From contig CAZEWI010000001.1 in the NCBI GenBank assembly GCA_964514455.1, positions 1 to 40,816 of the forward strand: DNA of 40,816 nt, in the 5' to 3' direction. Below are positions 27,102 to 36,027 of this stretch, piece after piece. Every line of letters begins with the position of its first letter. Within the stretch, counting starts at the first letter, position 1. The position numbers and the translations under genes are program-made. The notes under the pieces were generated by a model. That model searched no databases. It saw only the letters and a list, made by a program, of their open reading frames with translations, and was not told the origin of the DNA. This DNA comes from an uncultured Bacteroidales bacterium (GTDB lineage: Bacteria; Pseudomonadota; Alphaproteobacteria; Rs-D84).

Positions 27102-28085
27102 ATGTTAAAATTTGGAAAAATAGCATTACTACTAATGGTTTTATTACCAACTTCTGTTTATTCTAATTGGTCTAGACCTTATCGTAAAGATGATGGCGGA
27201 CGAATCTATATCTCGGCTAAAATTGGTGGAGTTGGCATTTTTTCATCAAAAATGGAGAATGAACTAGGTAAAGATTTTACTTCGGAATATATTGTTATAG
27301 AACCAACAACAAATAATTTTCTTATGGTCTCTCGTATTATTAAAGATTATGAATATAATTCCGACACAGCACTGGATACTCAAAATTTAAATCTAGGTGA
27401 TTCAAAACCAGAAGAAAAATTAAAAAGTTTTTCTTTTTATTCATCGTTGGCTCTTGGTTTTGTTGTTCCTGAGCACCCAAATTGGAGAAGTGAATTTTCT
27501 TGGGATCATATAGCGGAATTTAATTATGATGCTAGTCCTATGTTTAATCAAACAGCATATTATATTGACTCTAGTTCTGTTTTACATAGTTTTAATATAA
27601 ATACCGGTGCTATGACCTCTACAAATAAAATTGATTTGTATATGCTAAATTTTTATCACGATTTTTTTGATTCAAATATAAAAAAACCTAATGAATGGAT
27701 TCCTTATATTGGTGCTGGTATTGGTTATGCTAGTATAACTACAAAAATGCAACTTGTTGATCTATATGCTGATCTTAGTTATAATGCTGCTATTGCTGCT
27801 TATGGATACACACCAACAGATGTTTTATCACCAACAGGATTATTAGATTTTTATGAGTCTAGTTTGCAAAAAGGCAGTTTAGCTCTTTCGGGAATGTTTG
27901 GTTTTTCTTTTGGTTTTACAGAAAAAGCGTTCCTTGATTTAGGGTTAAAACTTACTTGGATTGATAAAATTCATTGGGGACTAACAGATTCTAGTTCATC
28001 AACAACTATTGGTAGTAAAAATATAATAGGTTCTGATTCAAATTTCTTAACATCAGCACATGTTGGTCTAAGACTAGAATTTTAA
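27102..28085 (+). CDS. Outer membrane beta-barrel protein (opacity/OmpA-TM-like, large loops)
   Basis: Signal peptide; strands YISAKIG, WRSEF, YMLNFYHDF, PYIGAGIGYA, LDLGLK, VGLRLEF with terminal Phe. Confidence 0.8.
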   Translation: MLKFGKIALLLMVLLPTSVYSNWSRPYRKDDGGRIYISAKIGGVGIFSSKMENELGKDFTSEYIVIEPTTNNFLMVSRIIKDYEYNSDTALDTQNLNLGDSKPEEKLKSFSFYSSLALGFVVPEHPNWRSEFSWDHIAEFNYDASPMFNQTAYYIDSSSVLHSFNINTGAMTSTNKIDLYMLNFYHDFFDSNIKKPNEWIPYIGAGIGYASITTKMQLVDLYADLSYNAAIAAYGYTPTDVLSPTGLLDFYESSLQKGSLALSGMFGFSFGFTEKAFLDLGLKLTWIDKIHWGLTDSSSSTTIGSKNIIGSDSNFLTSAHVGLRLEF

Positions 28086-28182
28086 TCATTTGTTATATTT
28101 TGTTATAAGTTTTGATTACCCTTTTTATTCTAATAAGATTATAATTCTAAAATAATCTTACTGAATATAAAAAGGAAAAGAA

Positions 28183-28989
28183 ATGACTAATCTTATTCAT
28201 GAAACTGCTATTGTCTCTCCTAAGGCAAAAATTGGAAATGATGTAAAAATCGGACCTTGGTGTATTATTGGAGATGATGTAGAACTCGCAGATAGAGTAA
28301 ATCTTATTTCTAATGTAATGATTGATGGAAAAACATTTATTGATGAGGACACTATTGTCTATCCTTTTGCAGTTATCGGTGTTATGTCTCAGGACTTAAA
28401 ATTCCAAGATTCAGAATCTATGACTGGTGTCAGAATCGGAAAAAGAAATCGCATTCGTGAATATGTAACTATTCATTCTGGAACTCCTGCTTCCAAAGGA
28501 ACTAAAATTGGTGATGATAATCAAATTATGGTAAATGCTCATGTCGCTCATGATTGTATTTTAGGCAACCATATAATTTTATCTAATCTTGTTCAATTAG
28601 CAGGACATGTTGAAGTTGAAGATTATGCAATTGTTAGTGGTATGACTGCTGTTCATCAGTTCTGTAAAATTGGAAAGCATTGTATTATCGGAGGTTGCTC
28701 TGGTGTTGGCAATGATATTTTGCCTTATTCTATATCAGCAGGAAATGTTGCACGATATCATTCTATAAATCGTGTAGGTCTTACTAGAAGAGGATTTACA
28801 AACGAAGATATACATGCTATTTATAAGGTTTATACCACAGTTTTTGATAAAAAAAGAGAAGATGCTATTTCCGAAAGATTAAAAGAATTAAAACACACTG
28901 TTGGAAAAAATCAGTATGCTATGGACGCCATAGATTTTATTGAAAATCGCTCAACTCGTGGTGTTACCGATCAGGAATCCAAAAGATAG
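28183..28989 (+). CDS. lpxA: Acyl-ACP--UDP-N-acetylglucosamine O-acyltransferase
   Basis: IHETAIV hexapeptide repeats, QDLKF, IREYVTIH.GT, HVAHDC, GHVEV, VHQFCKIG. Confidence 0.97.
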   Translation: MTNLIHETAIVSPKAKIGNDVKIGPWCIIGDDVELADRVNLISNVMIDGKTFIDEDTIVYPFAVIGVMSQDLKFQDSESMTGVRIGKRNRIREYVTIHSGTPASKGTKIGDDNQIMVNAHVAHDCILGNHIILSNLVQLAGHVEVEDYAIVSGMTAVHQFCKIGKHCIIGGCSGVGNDILPYSISAGNVARYHSINRVGLTRRGFTNEDIHAIYKVYTTVFDKKREDAISERLKELKHTVGKNQYAMDAIDFIENRSTRGVTDQESKR

Positions 28990-28998
28990 GATTATATT

Positions 28999-30141
28999 AT
29001 GAATAAAGTTTTTATTATCGCGGGAGAAGTATCTGGTGATGTTCTAGGTTCTTCTATTGTTAAATCATATTTGAAAAAAAATCCAAAGGCTCAAATTATC
29101 GGTGTCGGTGGTGAAAATATGATTAAAGCAGGTATGAAACCTATTTTTAATATGAAAGATATTGCTGTTATGGGTTTAGTTGAAGTTTTGAAAAACTTAA
29201 AACAAATAAACAAAAGAATGAAAGAAACTATACAATCAATTCTTGATTTTAATCCAGATGTTTTAATTACTATTGATAGTGGCGGTTTTAATAAAAGAGT
29301 TGTAAAGGCGGTTAAAAAGGCCGGATTTTCTGGAAAATGCTATCATGTAGTTGCTCCTGCTGTTTGGGCTTGGGGTCCAAAAAGGGCTAAATCTTTTGCG
29401 GAAACTTTTGATAAATTATATTGCTTTTTTGATTTTGAAATTCCTTATTTTACTAAATATGGATTAAATACTATGGCCGTCGGTCATCCTATTTTAGAGT
29501 CTGGAATACAAGAGGCTAATCCAGAAAATTTCATAAAAAAATACAATATTAAAAAATCTGATAAAGTTATTATGATTCTTCCTGGTTCTAGAAAAACAGA
29601 AGTTAAATCTATTATGTCTGAATACAAAAAATTAGTATCTGTATTATCAAAAAAATACACAAATATAAAAATAGTAATACCTGTTGTTGAAACTATGAAA
29701 AATGTAATACAAGACGAAATAAAAGATTGGAAAATTAAACCTATTATTGTAAATACTTTAATGGGAAGATATGATGCTATGAGTAGAACTGATTTGGCCA
29801 TTGCTGTTTCGGGAACTGTATCAGTTGAACTCGCAATACTGCAAGTGCCAGCAATTATAGTTTATAGATTTAATAGATTATCTTATTTAATTGCTCGTCT
29901 TTTAATAAAGTTAAAATGGGTATCTCTTGTAAATATCATTAGAAATAAGTCCATTTATCCAGAACTTATACAAAATAAAGCCAAAACAGAAAACATTTTA
30001 CCTTGGATTGATAAATTATTGTCCGATAGTAAGGCTATAAAGTCTATGAAAAATGAACTGAAAAATTCTGATAAAATTTGGCATAAAAATAAAAATGCAT
30101 CTGATTTAATAACTGACGATATTCTTATAAAATCTAAATAA
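28999..30141 (+). CDS. lpxB: Lipid A disaccharide synthase
   Basis: IAGEVSGD, AVMGLVEV, TIDSGGFN, VAPAVWAW, VGHP, LPGSRKTE, SGTVSVEL, PELIQ. Confidence 0.96.
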   Translation: MNKVFIIAGEVSGDVLGSSIVKSYLKKNPKAQIIGVGGENMIKAGMKPIFNMKDIAVMGLVEVLKNLKQINKRMKETIQSILDFNPDVLITIDSGGFNKRVVKAVKKAGFSGKCYHVVAPAVWAWGPKRAKSFAETFDKLYCFFDFEIPYFTKYGLNTMAVGHPILESGIQEANPENFIKKYNIKKSDKVIMILPGSRKTEVKSIMSEYKKLVSVLSKKYTNIKIVIPVVETMKNVIQDEIKDWKIKPIIVNTLMGRYDAMSRTDLAIAVSGTVSVELAILQVPAIIVYRFNRLSYLIARLLIKLKWVSLVNIIRNKSIYPELIQNKAKTENILPWIDKLLSDSKAIKSMKNELKNSDKIWHKNKNASDLITDDILIKSK

Positions 30142-30157
30142 TTTTTTCACTTATTTC

Positions 30158-30186
30158 TTGCCATATTTTTTATAGCATTTTATAAT
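30158..30186 (+). promoter_or_regulatory. Near-consensus sigma70 promoter for the pilin-like trio
   Basis: TTGCCA (30158-30163), 17 bp, TATAAT (30181-30186). Confidence 0.65.
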
Positions 30187-30196
30187 GGCTGTATAA

Positions 30197-31705
30197 ATGG
30201 AGGGATTTTTGAAAAAGACTCAAAAGGGCGGATTTTTATTAGAGACTTTATTGATATTGGCTGTGATAATAACCATTATGCCATTCCTTGTTGAAAAATT
30301 AGCAGATAGAAAAATATTAAAAGAAAATATAGCAACAGAACAATATATTGAAACTCTATTCAATGCTTCAAAAACTTTTATTGTAGAAGGACAAGATACT
30401 CTTCCTGCTGGAAATCTTAATCTGGAAGGAAACTCTTTAAGACAATTTCTAGAACCATATGGACTACCTTCGGGATTTAATTTCAAAAGTCCATTAGGAC
30501 AAAATATTTCTCTTTTTATATCAAAAGGAGAAGACGATATCTTTGCTGTTTTATCTTTGTCAGATGGCAAAAAACATTTATCTCAAAACAGAAAATTAGA
30601 ATTAGCACTTAGAATAGGTTATTTTGCAGGTATGTTAAATGATGACGGAATGCTTGTTGGGGCGACTGGAGGTTGGGAAGAAAATCCAATAAAATATAGT
30701 ATGAATTTATCTGGAAAAAATATCTATATATTAATTCCTAATAGCCCTGATTTAAATGAAATGGTTTCTAGAAAAAAAATAGGATTTTCAACAGAACAAC
30801 AAAAAATGCATGTGAATCTAAATATGGGAAATAATGATATTTCCAGTGTTGCTATTTTTGAAGCAAATAAAGGAGATTTTGATTCTGTGGAAACAACAGA
30901 AATTAAAGTCACCGCCGATTCTGATTCCGGAATAGAAAATAAAATTGGCCAAATAATTGCTAAACATCTTATATTTTCAAACAATTCAGAATCTTCTGAT
31001 ACTGGTTTAACTATCAATAACTCGGGGCTTTTAATTGATAATTTAAGTGTAAAAAATATTGGAAAATCAGATAATCTGGGATTGAATTTATCTGTATCAG
31101 AAAAATTATCTGTCGCAAATTTTGAAACAACAGATATTAAAAATCTATCTACAATAGAAGTTAGAGAAAATCTTATTTCGGCTGATAAAGATTTAAATCT
31201 TATTGATTATAGTGGTGGAAAATTAGTTGTTCATAAACAATTAGTATCTCCTATTGTGTCAAATGAGTCTTCAAATGAGGATAATTCAGATTCTTTAACT
31301 TATATTTATTCCCCAATTGTTTATTCAGATTATATTGGTTTTTTTAATACTTCTTCAACCAGTCTTGCGGGAGATTATGAGACAAGTCCAATAGCAATCA
31401 TTGATTTTAATAAATCAACGATTGTTCCAGAAATAAGATCTGATAATTTTAATAATGATAATATAAAAATTCTGGAATCTATTGAAGGAGACTCTGAAAA
31501 CTCTGGATTTGCAAAAGAAATATCTTGTCAGGATTTTATAAAAAGTTTAGATGTAACATATAATTCTAAAAGTTTATCACAAAGAATGATTTGTTTGAAT
31601 GTAAAATATTACAGACTTTGGGTTCGTGCAAAAATAAAAAATTGTATGAATAAAGATAATAATAATACTTATGAGGCTTGTAAAATTGCAATTAAAGACT
31701 ATTAA
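30197..31705 (+). CDS. PilV/shufflon-N-like long type IV pilin family protein 1
   Basis: Class III signal QKG|GFLLE plus hydrophobic helix; GLPSGF, IG..AG...DG...GA.GGW and KMHVNLNMGNNDI match the PilV constant region. The true start may be TTG 30209 (SD GGAGG). Confidence 0.75.
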   Translation: MEGFLKKTQKGGFLLETLLILAVIITIMPFLVEKLADRKILKENIATEQYIETLFNASKTFIVEGQDTLPAGNLNLEGNSLRQFLEPYGLPSGFNFKSPLGQNISLFISKGEDDIFAVLSLSDGKKHLSQNRKLELALRIGYFAGMLNDDGMLVGATGGWEENPIKYSMNLSGKNIYILIPNSPDLNEMVSRKKIGFSTEQQKMHVNLNMGNNDISSVAIFEANKGDFDSVETTEIKVTADSDSGIENKIGQIIAKHLIFSNNSESSDTGLTINNSGLLIDNLSVKNIGKSDNLGLNLSVSEKLSVANFETTDIKNLSTIEVRENLISADKDLNLIDYSGGKLVVHKQLVSPIVSNESSNEDNSDSLTYIYSPIVYSDYIGFFNTSSTSLAGDYETSPIAIIDFNKSTIVPEIRSDNFNNDNIKILESIEGDSENSGFAKEISCQDFIKSLDVTYNSKSLSQRMICLNVKYYRLWVRAKIKNCMNKDNNNTYEACKIAIKDY

Positions 31706-33116
31706 ATTAGAAAAAGGGCTTACTATTTTTGAAGCAATACTTGCTATTGCTATAGTATTTTTAATTATACCTTTTGCATATAAAAAAATAAACTCCACCA
31801 CCCAAGAAATACAAGATATTTCTATCGCAAAATATATAACTAATTTTAATAATCCTATTTTGAATTATATTAAAATAAATCAAAATCTATGGGAATCTAT
31901 TGGAACTCAAGAAATTGATTCAAATGAATTTCTATCAAAACTTGAAGATTATGGCCTGAAAGAATCAGATATGAAATTTCAAAATTATATTACAAGTTAT
32001 TCTGTTATTATAAAAAAAACAACTAATGCAAGTGGTGGTTCTATTATAAATGCTTATTTAATTGTAGAATTTAGTAATGATTTTAGCCAAATCCGTTTAA
32101 CTAAAATAGCAAAGCAAATGGGTGCTTCAGCAGGAACTATTGGACCAGATGGAATCGTTCATAGTATTCTGGGAAATTGGATTTTAGATTCTTCTAATAT
32201 AAAAAATAATGTAATTGTTTATAAAGTAGATACAACAAATCAAACAGTTCAAAATATATCTTATTTACATAGACTTAAAATGGGTTCAAGAGAAGATCTA
32301 AATAAAATGGAAACAACCCTTTATTTTGGTGATGCTTTTTATAAATTCAATATTGCTTTTACAAAAGATGTTTTTGGAAACTTATTAAATATAACACGAG
32401 ATATCGCTACTTTTGTGTTAAATGCTGATAATATAGAGACAGATACGGTATATTTTTCTGATGGTGCTATTTTTAATCCTTTGGAAAAATCTAATCAAAT
32501 TTTATCAATACAAAATATTATTATAAATGGTTTAATTATAGGAGAAGATAAAAACTTAATTAAAACCAAAAATCTATTTGGGGCTATTGATTTAGATAAT
32601 GTATCAGAAATAAAAAAACAAACTTATCACCAACAAGGTAGTATAATTTCTAATACAACAACTTTCAAAGATAATGGAAAAATTATTGTTGGTAGGTTAT
32701 TAGATTTATCTGGAATTTCATCTTCCGAAGATGATATTGATTCTGATAAAACAGAATCTGAAAATGATATTATTTCAACTTTTAATTATATGGAGACAAA
32801 TTCCCTATATTTGAATTATTTAACAGCATCTAATAGTATAAATTTTACAAATGGAGTTATGATTTCTTCTGGTGGAGGCATTTATTTGTGTGCTTATGAA
32901 AATTGTGATTATACTAAAAATAATAAACAAAGATTTACACCTATTATTTCAGAAGATAATAATTTAGATACTTATTTTATGGATCTTAAAAAACTAACAA
33001 TATATTATAAAAACAATCAAGAACAAATGGAATCGGAAGACTATATCCTAAAATTAAATAATCTAAACACATCTAGCCCTAGTAATATAGGAAGAATAAT
33101 TGGAAATTGGAGATAA
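31671..33116 (+). CDS. PilV/shufflon-N-like long type IV pilin family protein 2
   Basis: Class III signal EKG|LTIFE; IAKQMGASAGTIGPDG...GNW; YLHRLKMGSREDLNKMETTL resembles PilV [18 protein letters not shown]. Exact start is uncertain. Confidence 0.75.
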   Translation: MRLVKLQLKTIKLEKGLTIFEAILAIAIVFLIIPFAYKKINSTTQEIQDISIAKYITNFNNPILNYIKINQNLWESIGTQEIDSNEFLSKLEDYGLKESDMKFQNYITSYSVIIKKTTNASGGSIINAYLIVEFSNDFSQIRLTKIAKQMGASAGTIGPDGIVHSILGNWILDSSNIKNNVIVYKVDTTNQTVQNISYLHRLKMGSREDLNKMETTLYFGDAFYKFNIAFTKDVFGNLLNITRDIATFVLNADNIETDTVYFSDGAIFNPLEKSNQILSIQNIIINGLIIGEDKNLIKTKNLFGAIDLDNVSEIKKQTYHQQGSIISNTTTFKDNGKIIVGRLLDLSGISSSEDDIDSDKTESENDIISTFNYMETNSLYLNYLTASNSINFTNGVMISSGGGIYLCAYENCDYTKNNKQRFTPIISEDNNLDTYFMDLKKLTIYYKNNQEQMESEDYILKLNNLNTSSPSNIGRIIGNWR

Positions 33117-33117
33117 T

Positions 33118-34398
33118 ATGAAAAAAGAAAACGGATCTATGCTTTTAGAATTATTACTTTTAACATCTATTATTATGATGATTTTTCCAATTATTTATAA
33201 ACAAGCAATTCAGAGAAATGAAAGATCAGTAGACAATGTTTTAGTTGAAGAAATGAATACTGTTAGTATGGCTCTTGAAAAGTATATTGAAGAAAAAGGA
33301 CCAAACTTATCTGGTTCTAATACTGGAAAAGTTTATTCTGTTGAATTAGAAGATTTAAGAGAATCTGGATTACCTGATTATATTAAAAATAATCAAAAAA
33401 CAGGAAATGAATATAAGTTAAGAATTGTAAAGAAAAACGATAAATCAGGAAAATCTTATTTATATGGAATGGTATTTGCTTCTAATCCAAAATTTACACC
33501 TCTTAGAACACGACAGATTTCACTTGCTCTTGGAGAGCAAGGGGGCTATTCTGAATCGGATATATTATATGGAAGTTATGGAACTTGGATTCAAAATGAA
33601 GGTAAATTAGGTTTAACAACTGATGATAACTCCATTATTTTGAATACTGACATTGTTAAAGTAAGGCCCGAATATCTTATGAGATTACACTCAGAAGATA
33701 GGTCTCAAAATACAATGTTTGCAGACTTAAATATGAATAATCATGATATCTTTAATCTTAAAAGACTTTTTGCAAATCAAGCAAACTTTAATCAAGAATT
33801 GACTACAAGAAACTTATTTGCAAAAAACTTAGAATATTTAGGCTTGGTTAAAATTTCTGCTTTATTAAAATCAGAATCTGCTGTTATCAATAATAATTTA
33901 AAACTTACAGGAGATGCATATCTTGATGTTAAAGATGCTATTTTATTGGAAAATACAGGATCTTTTAATGAAATAGAATTAAAGGATTTAAACATAAATA
34001 ATAATCTAACTATCCATGGAAAAATAGAATCAAAAGATACAAAATTACAATTATTAGTAAATGGAAATAGTTATTTCCAAAATAACACTAATGTAAAAGC
34101 AGCGGAAGTTGATTGTATTGGTTATGGATCTGTTGTTCAAAATATATTTACACAAGAAATAAAAGATATAACAAGCAATCAATATAGTTGGAATCTTTTA
34201 TATAAAACATTTTTTACTGCAGGCTCTGTAATTGTATCAGAATACAAGAATTTAATTTCTCTTACTAAAAGTAAAATATCAGAAATAGATGTTGGACAAT
34301 ATGAATTTAATAAGTTTCTAAATGATAATCAAGACATTAAATCTATTACAGATAACCTAGAAAAAAAATATTTAGAAATAGAAAATTTATTACAATAA
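33118..34398 (+). CDS. PilV/shufflon-N-like long type IV pilin family protein 3
   Basis: Class III signal ENG|SMLLE; LRESGLP, ISLALGEQGGY...GSYGTW, YLMR...NTMFADLNMNNHDI; start at ATG 33118 after GGAGA. Confidence 0.75.
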   Translation: MKKENGSMLLELLLLTSIIMMIFPIIYKQAIQRNERSVDNVLVEEMNTVSMALEKYIEEKGPNLSGSNTGKVYSVELEDLRESGLPDYIKNNQKTGNEYKLRIVKKNDKSGKSYLYGMVFASNPKFTPLRTRQISLALGEQGGYSESDILYGSYGTWIQNEGKLGLTTDDNSIILNTDIVKVRPEYLMRLHSEDRSQNTMFADLNMNNHDIFNLKRLFANQANFNQELTTRNLFAKNLEYLGLVKISALLKSESAVINNNLKLTGDAYLDVKDAILLENTGSFNEIELKDLNINNNLTIHGKIESKDTKLQLLVNGNSYFQNNTNVKAAEVDCIGYGSVVQNIFTQEIKDITSNQYSWNLLYKTFFTAGSVIVSEYKNLISLTKSKISEIDVGQYEFNKFLNDNQDIKSITDNLEKKYLEIENLLQ

Positions 34399-34403
34399 TT
34401 TAT

Positions 34404-35969
34404 TTAATTTTTCTTGTTTTCTTTAATTTCCATACTATCAATATACTCTTGTTGAATCTTTTCATTTTGGCTTGGAACAAATTCTTCATTTTCTATGATT
34501 TCAGTTGTGTCTTCAGGATTAAAACGAACTAGTTCCTGATCAACTGATTTAGAATCATCGTAAGTGATTCTAGTTATTTTACTGGAATCGGGCAATACAA
34601 TATATTTATAAATATCAATATCTGATGCTTTTATTTCAAAAGGAGATGTTCTGGAATAGTCTTTAATCAGTTTATATGATTTTCCAATAAAATTTTCAGG
34701 AGCAGGACTAAGTATTACTGGACTATAAGAACTTATTTCCATAACGGAAAGACCTCTTTCTGAAACTCCATTTGACTTAAATCTAATTATTCCATCTATT
34801 CCATAAAACCCAGATGGATTTGTGAGATTGTCTGAAATATTATCATTATTTTCAAGTGTTTTAATTGCTATCATTGTAGCATCATAACCCATACTAGCCA
34901 TACGATTAGGCATTTTTCCTTCCATAGTTCCGTATACTGAAATAAAATCAGAATTTTGTGCTGGTAAATTAGGATAAACAGCATTTAGAAAAGTTGAATC
35001 ATTTATAATCTCGGAATTGTCCCACATCGCTGTTCCTATTCTTAAAATATCAGGTCCAACATCATAAAAACGAAGATAAGAATTTAATGTAGATAAATCA
35101 TTCCCTGAACCTAGTAATAAAATAGAATCATAAGGTAATTCCCCAAGAGTATCTTTTTTTGATAACTCATCAAGTTGTTTTTTTATTTTATATTTATCAT
35201 TTTGTGTTTGTGTAGGATTTGATGATGCTAAATTTTCAGATAGTATTGCTTTTGCTTCTTTGTTGGCTTTATTTCTATTTTCATAATTAGCAGCATTTGT
35301 TGCAATTTGTTTTATATTGTCTTTATCATTCTCAATATAATAATAAAGTCCCTCAATTTCCATATCAAAATCGTCGGCAATTTTCAAAGCAGTATTTGAC
35401 ATTAAATACCCAGACTCTGATTCTGGTGCTATAACTAAAATTCTAGATTTACCTTTGGATTTAGCAACGGATAAAACCCTTTCTATTTGTTGATTAGGCA
35501 GTAGTGCCATAGTCCAAATATCAGATTCTAAAATTTTTGGATTTGATGAAAATGATATTATTGGTGTATCGTTAAATGTATTTTTTATCAATTCTACATC
35601 ATTAGAAAACACAGGACCTATAATTAAATCCGGATAGTTTTCTTTTGCTTTTTGAATGGAGTCATTTTTATCTAATCCACCAATATCATAAAAAGAAAAA
35701 AGAATATTTGTAGGCTTGGTTTGAAATACAGCCATTTCAATAGAATGAGCAATACCTTGGCCTAATTCAGCATTCGTTCCTGATAATGGTAAAAAAACAG
35801 CGACGCGTTTTTGTTGAATTTCAGAGATTTGTTTTGGCTGACCATATAATAAATTAGATGTTAAATTCTTTGGTTTTTGGGTATTTGCTATCATTGGAAC
35901 TAAATCCATATTTTTAGATGAACAAGCACATAGTAATAAAACTAAAATAAATTTAATTGAGCGTATCAT
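34404..35969 (-). CDS. Penicillin-binding protein activator (LpoA/LppC-family) lipoprotein
   Basis: Lipobox-like LCAC; VAVFLPLSG...LGQ, IIGPVFS, PIISFS, ASMGYDA, GFYGIDGIIRF..NG..ERGL.VMEI; divergent from rsmI. Confidence 0.88.
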   Translation of the reverse strand: MIRSIKFILVLLLCACSSKNMDLVPMIANTQKPKNLTSNLLYGQPKQISEIQQKRVAVFLPLSGTNAELGQGIAHSIEMAVFQTKPTNILFSFYDIGGLDKNDSIQKAKENYPDLIIGPVFSNDVELIKNTFNDTPIISFSSNPKILESDIWTMALLPNQQIERVLSVAKSKGKSRILVIAPESESGYLMSNTALKIADDFDMEIEGLYYYIENDKDNIKQIATNAANYENRNKANKEAKAILSENLASSNPTQTQNDKYKIKKQLDELSKKDTLGELPYDSILLLGSGNDLSTLNSYLRFYDVGPDILRIGTAMWDNSEIINDSTFLNAVYPNLPAQNSDFISVYGTMEGKMPNRMASMGYDATMIAIKTLENNDNISDNLTNPSGFYGIDGIIRFKSNGVSERGLSVMEISSYSPVILSPAPENFIGKSYKLIKDYSRTSPFEIKASDIDIYKYIVLPDSSKITRITYDDSKSVDQELVRFNPEDTTEIIENEEFVPSQNEKIQQEYIDSMEIKENKKN

Positions 35970-36027
35970 TTGATTTTTCTCCCCAAATAGTTTAATATAA
36001 ACTTATATTAAAAATAATGGTGATAAA

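Noticed and set aside
27099-27110. TTATGTTAAA resembling a dif XerD arm
   Set aside because: No XerC arm at the required spacing, and it overlaps the omp start codon.
4635-33117. Longer ORF-track starts for xth (4635), cdsA (6826), Yip1 (11973), rpmJ (18608), DUF218 (23744) and pilin 3 (33100)
   Set aside because: Downstream starts have proper SD spacing or match family N-termini; the extensions overlap neighbouring genes or promoters.
30142-34404. An active shufflon or integrated conjugative element around the PilV-like genes
   Set aside because: No recombinase, sfx repeats, tra/pil machinery genes or attachment repeats visible; both flanks are core genes.
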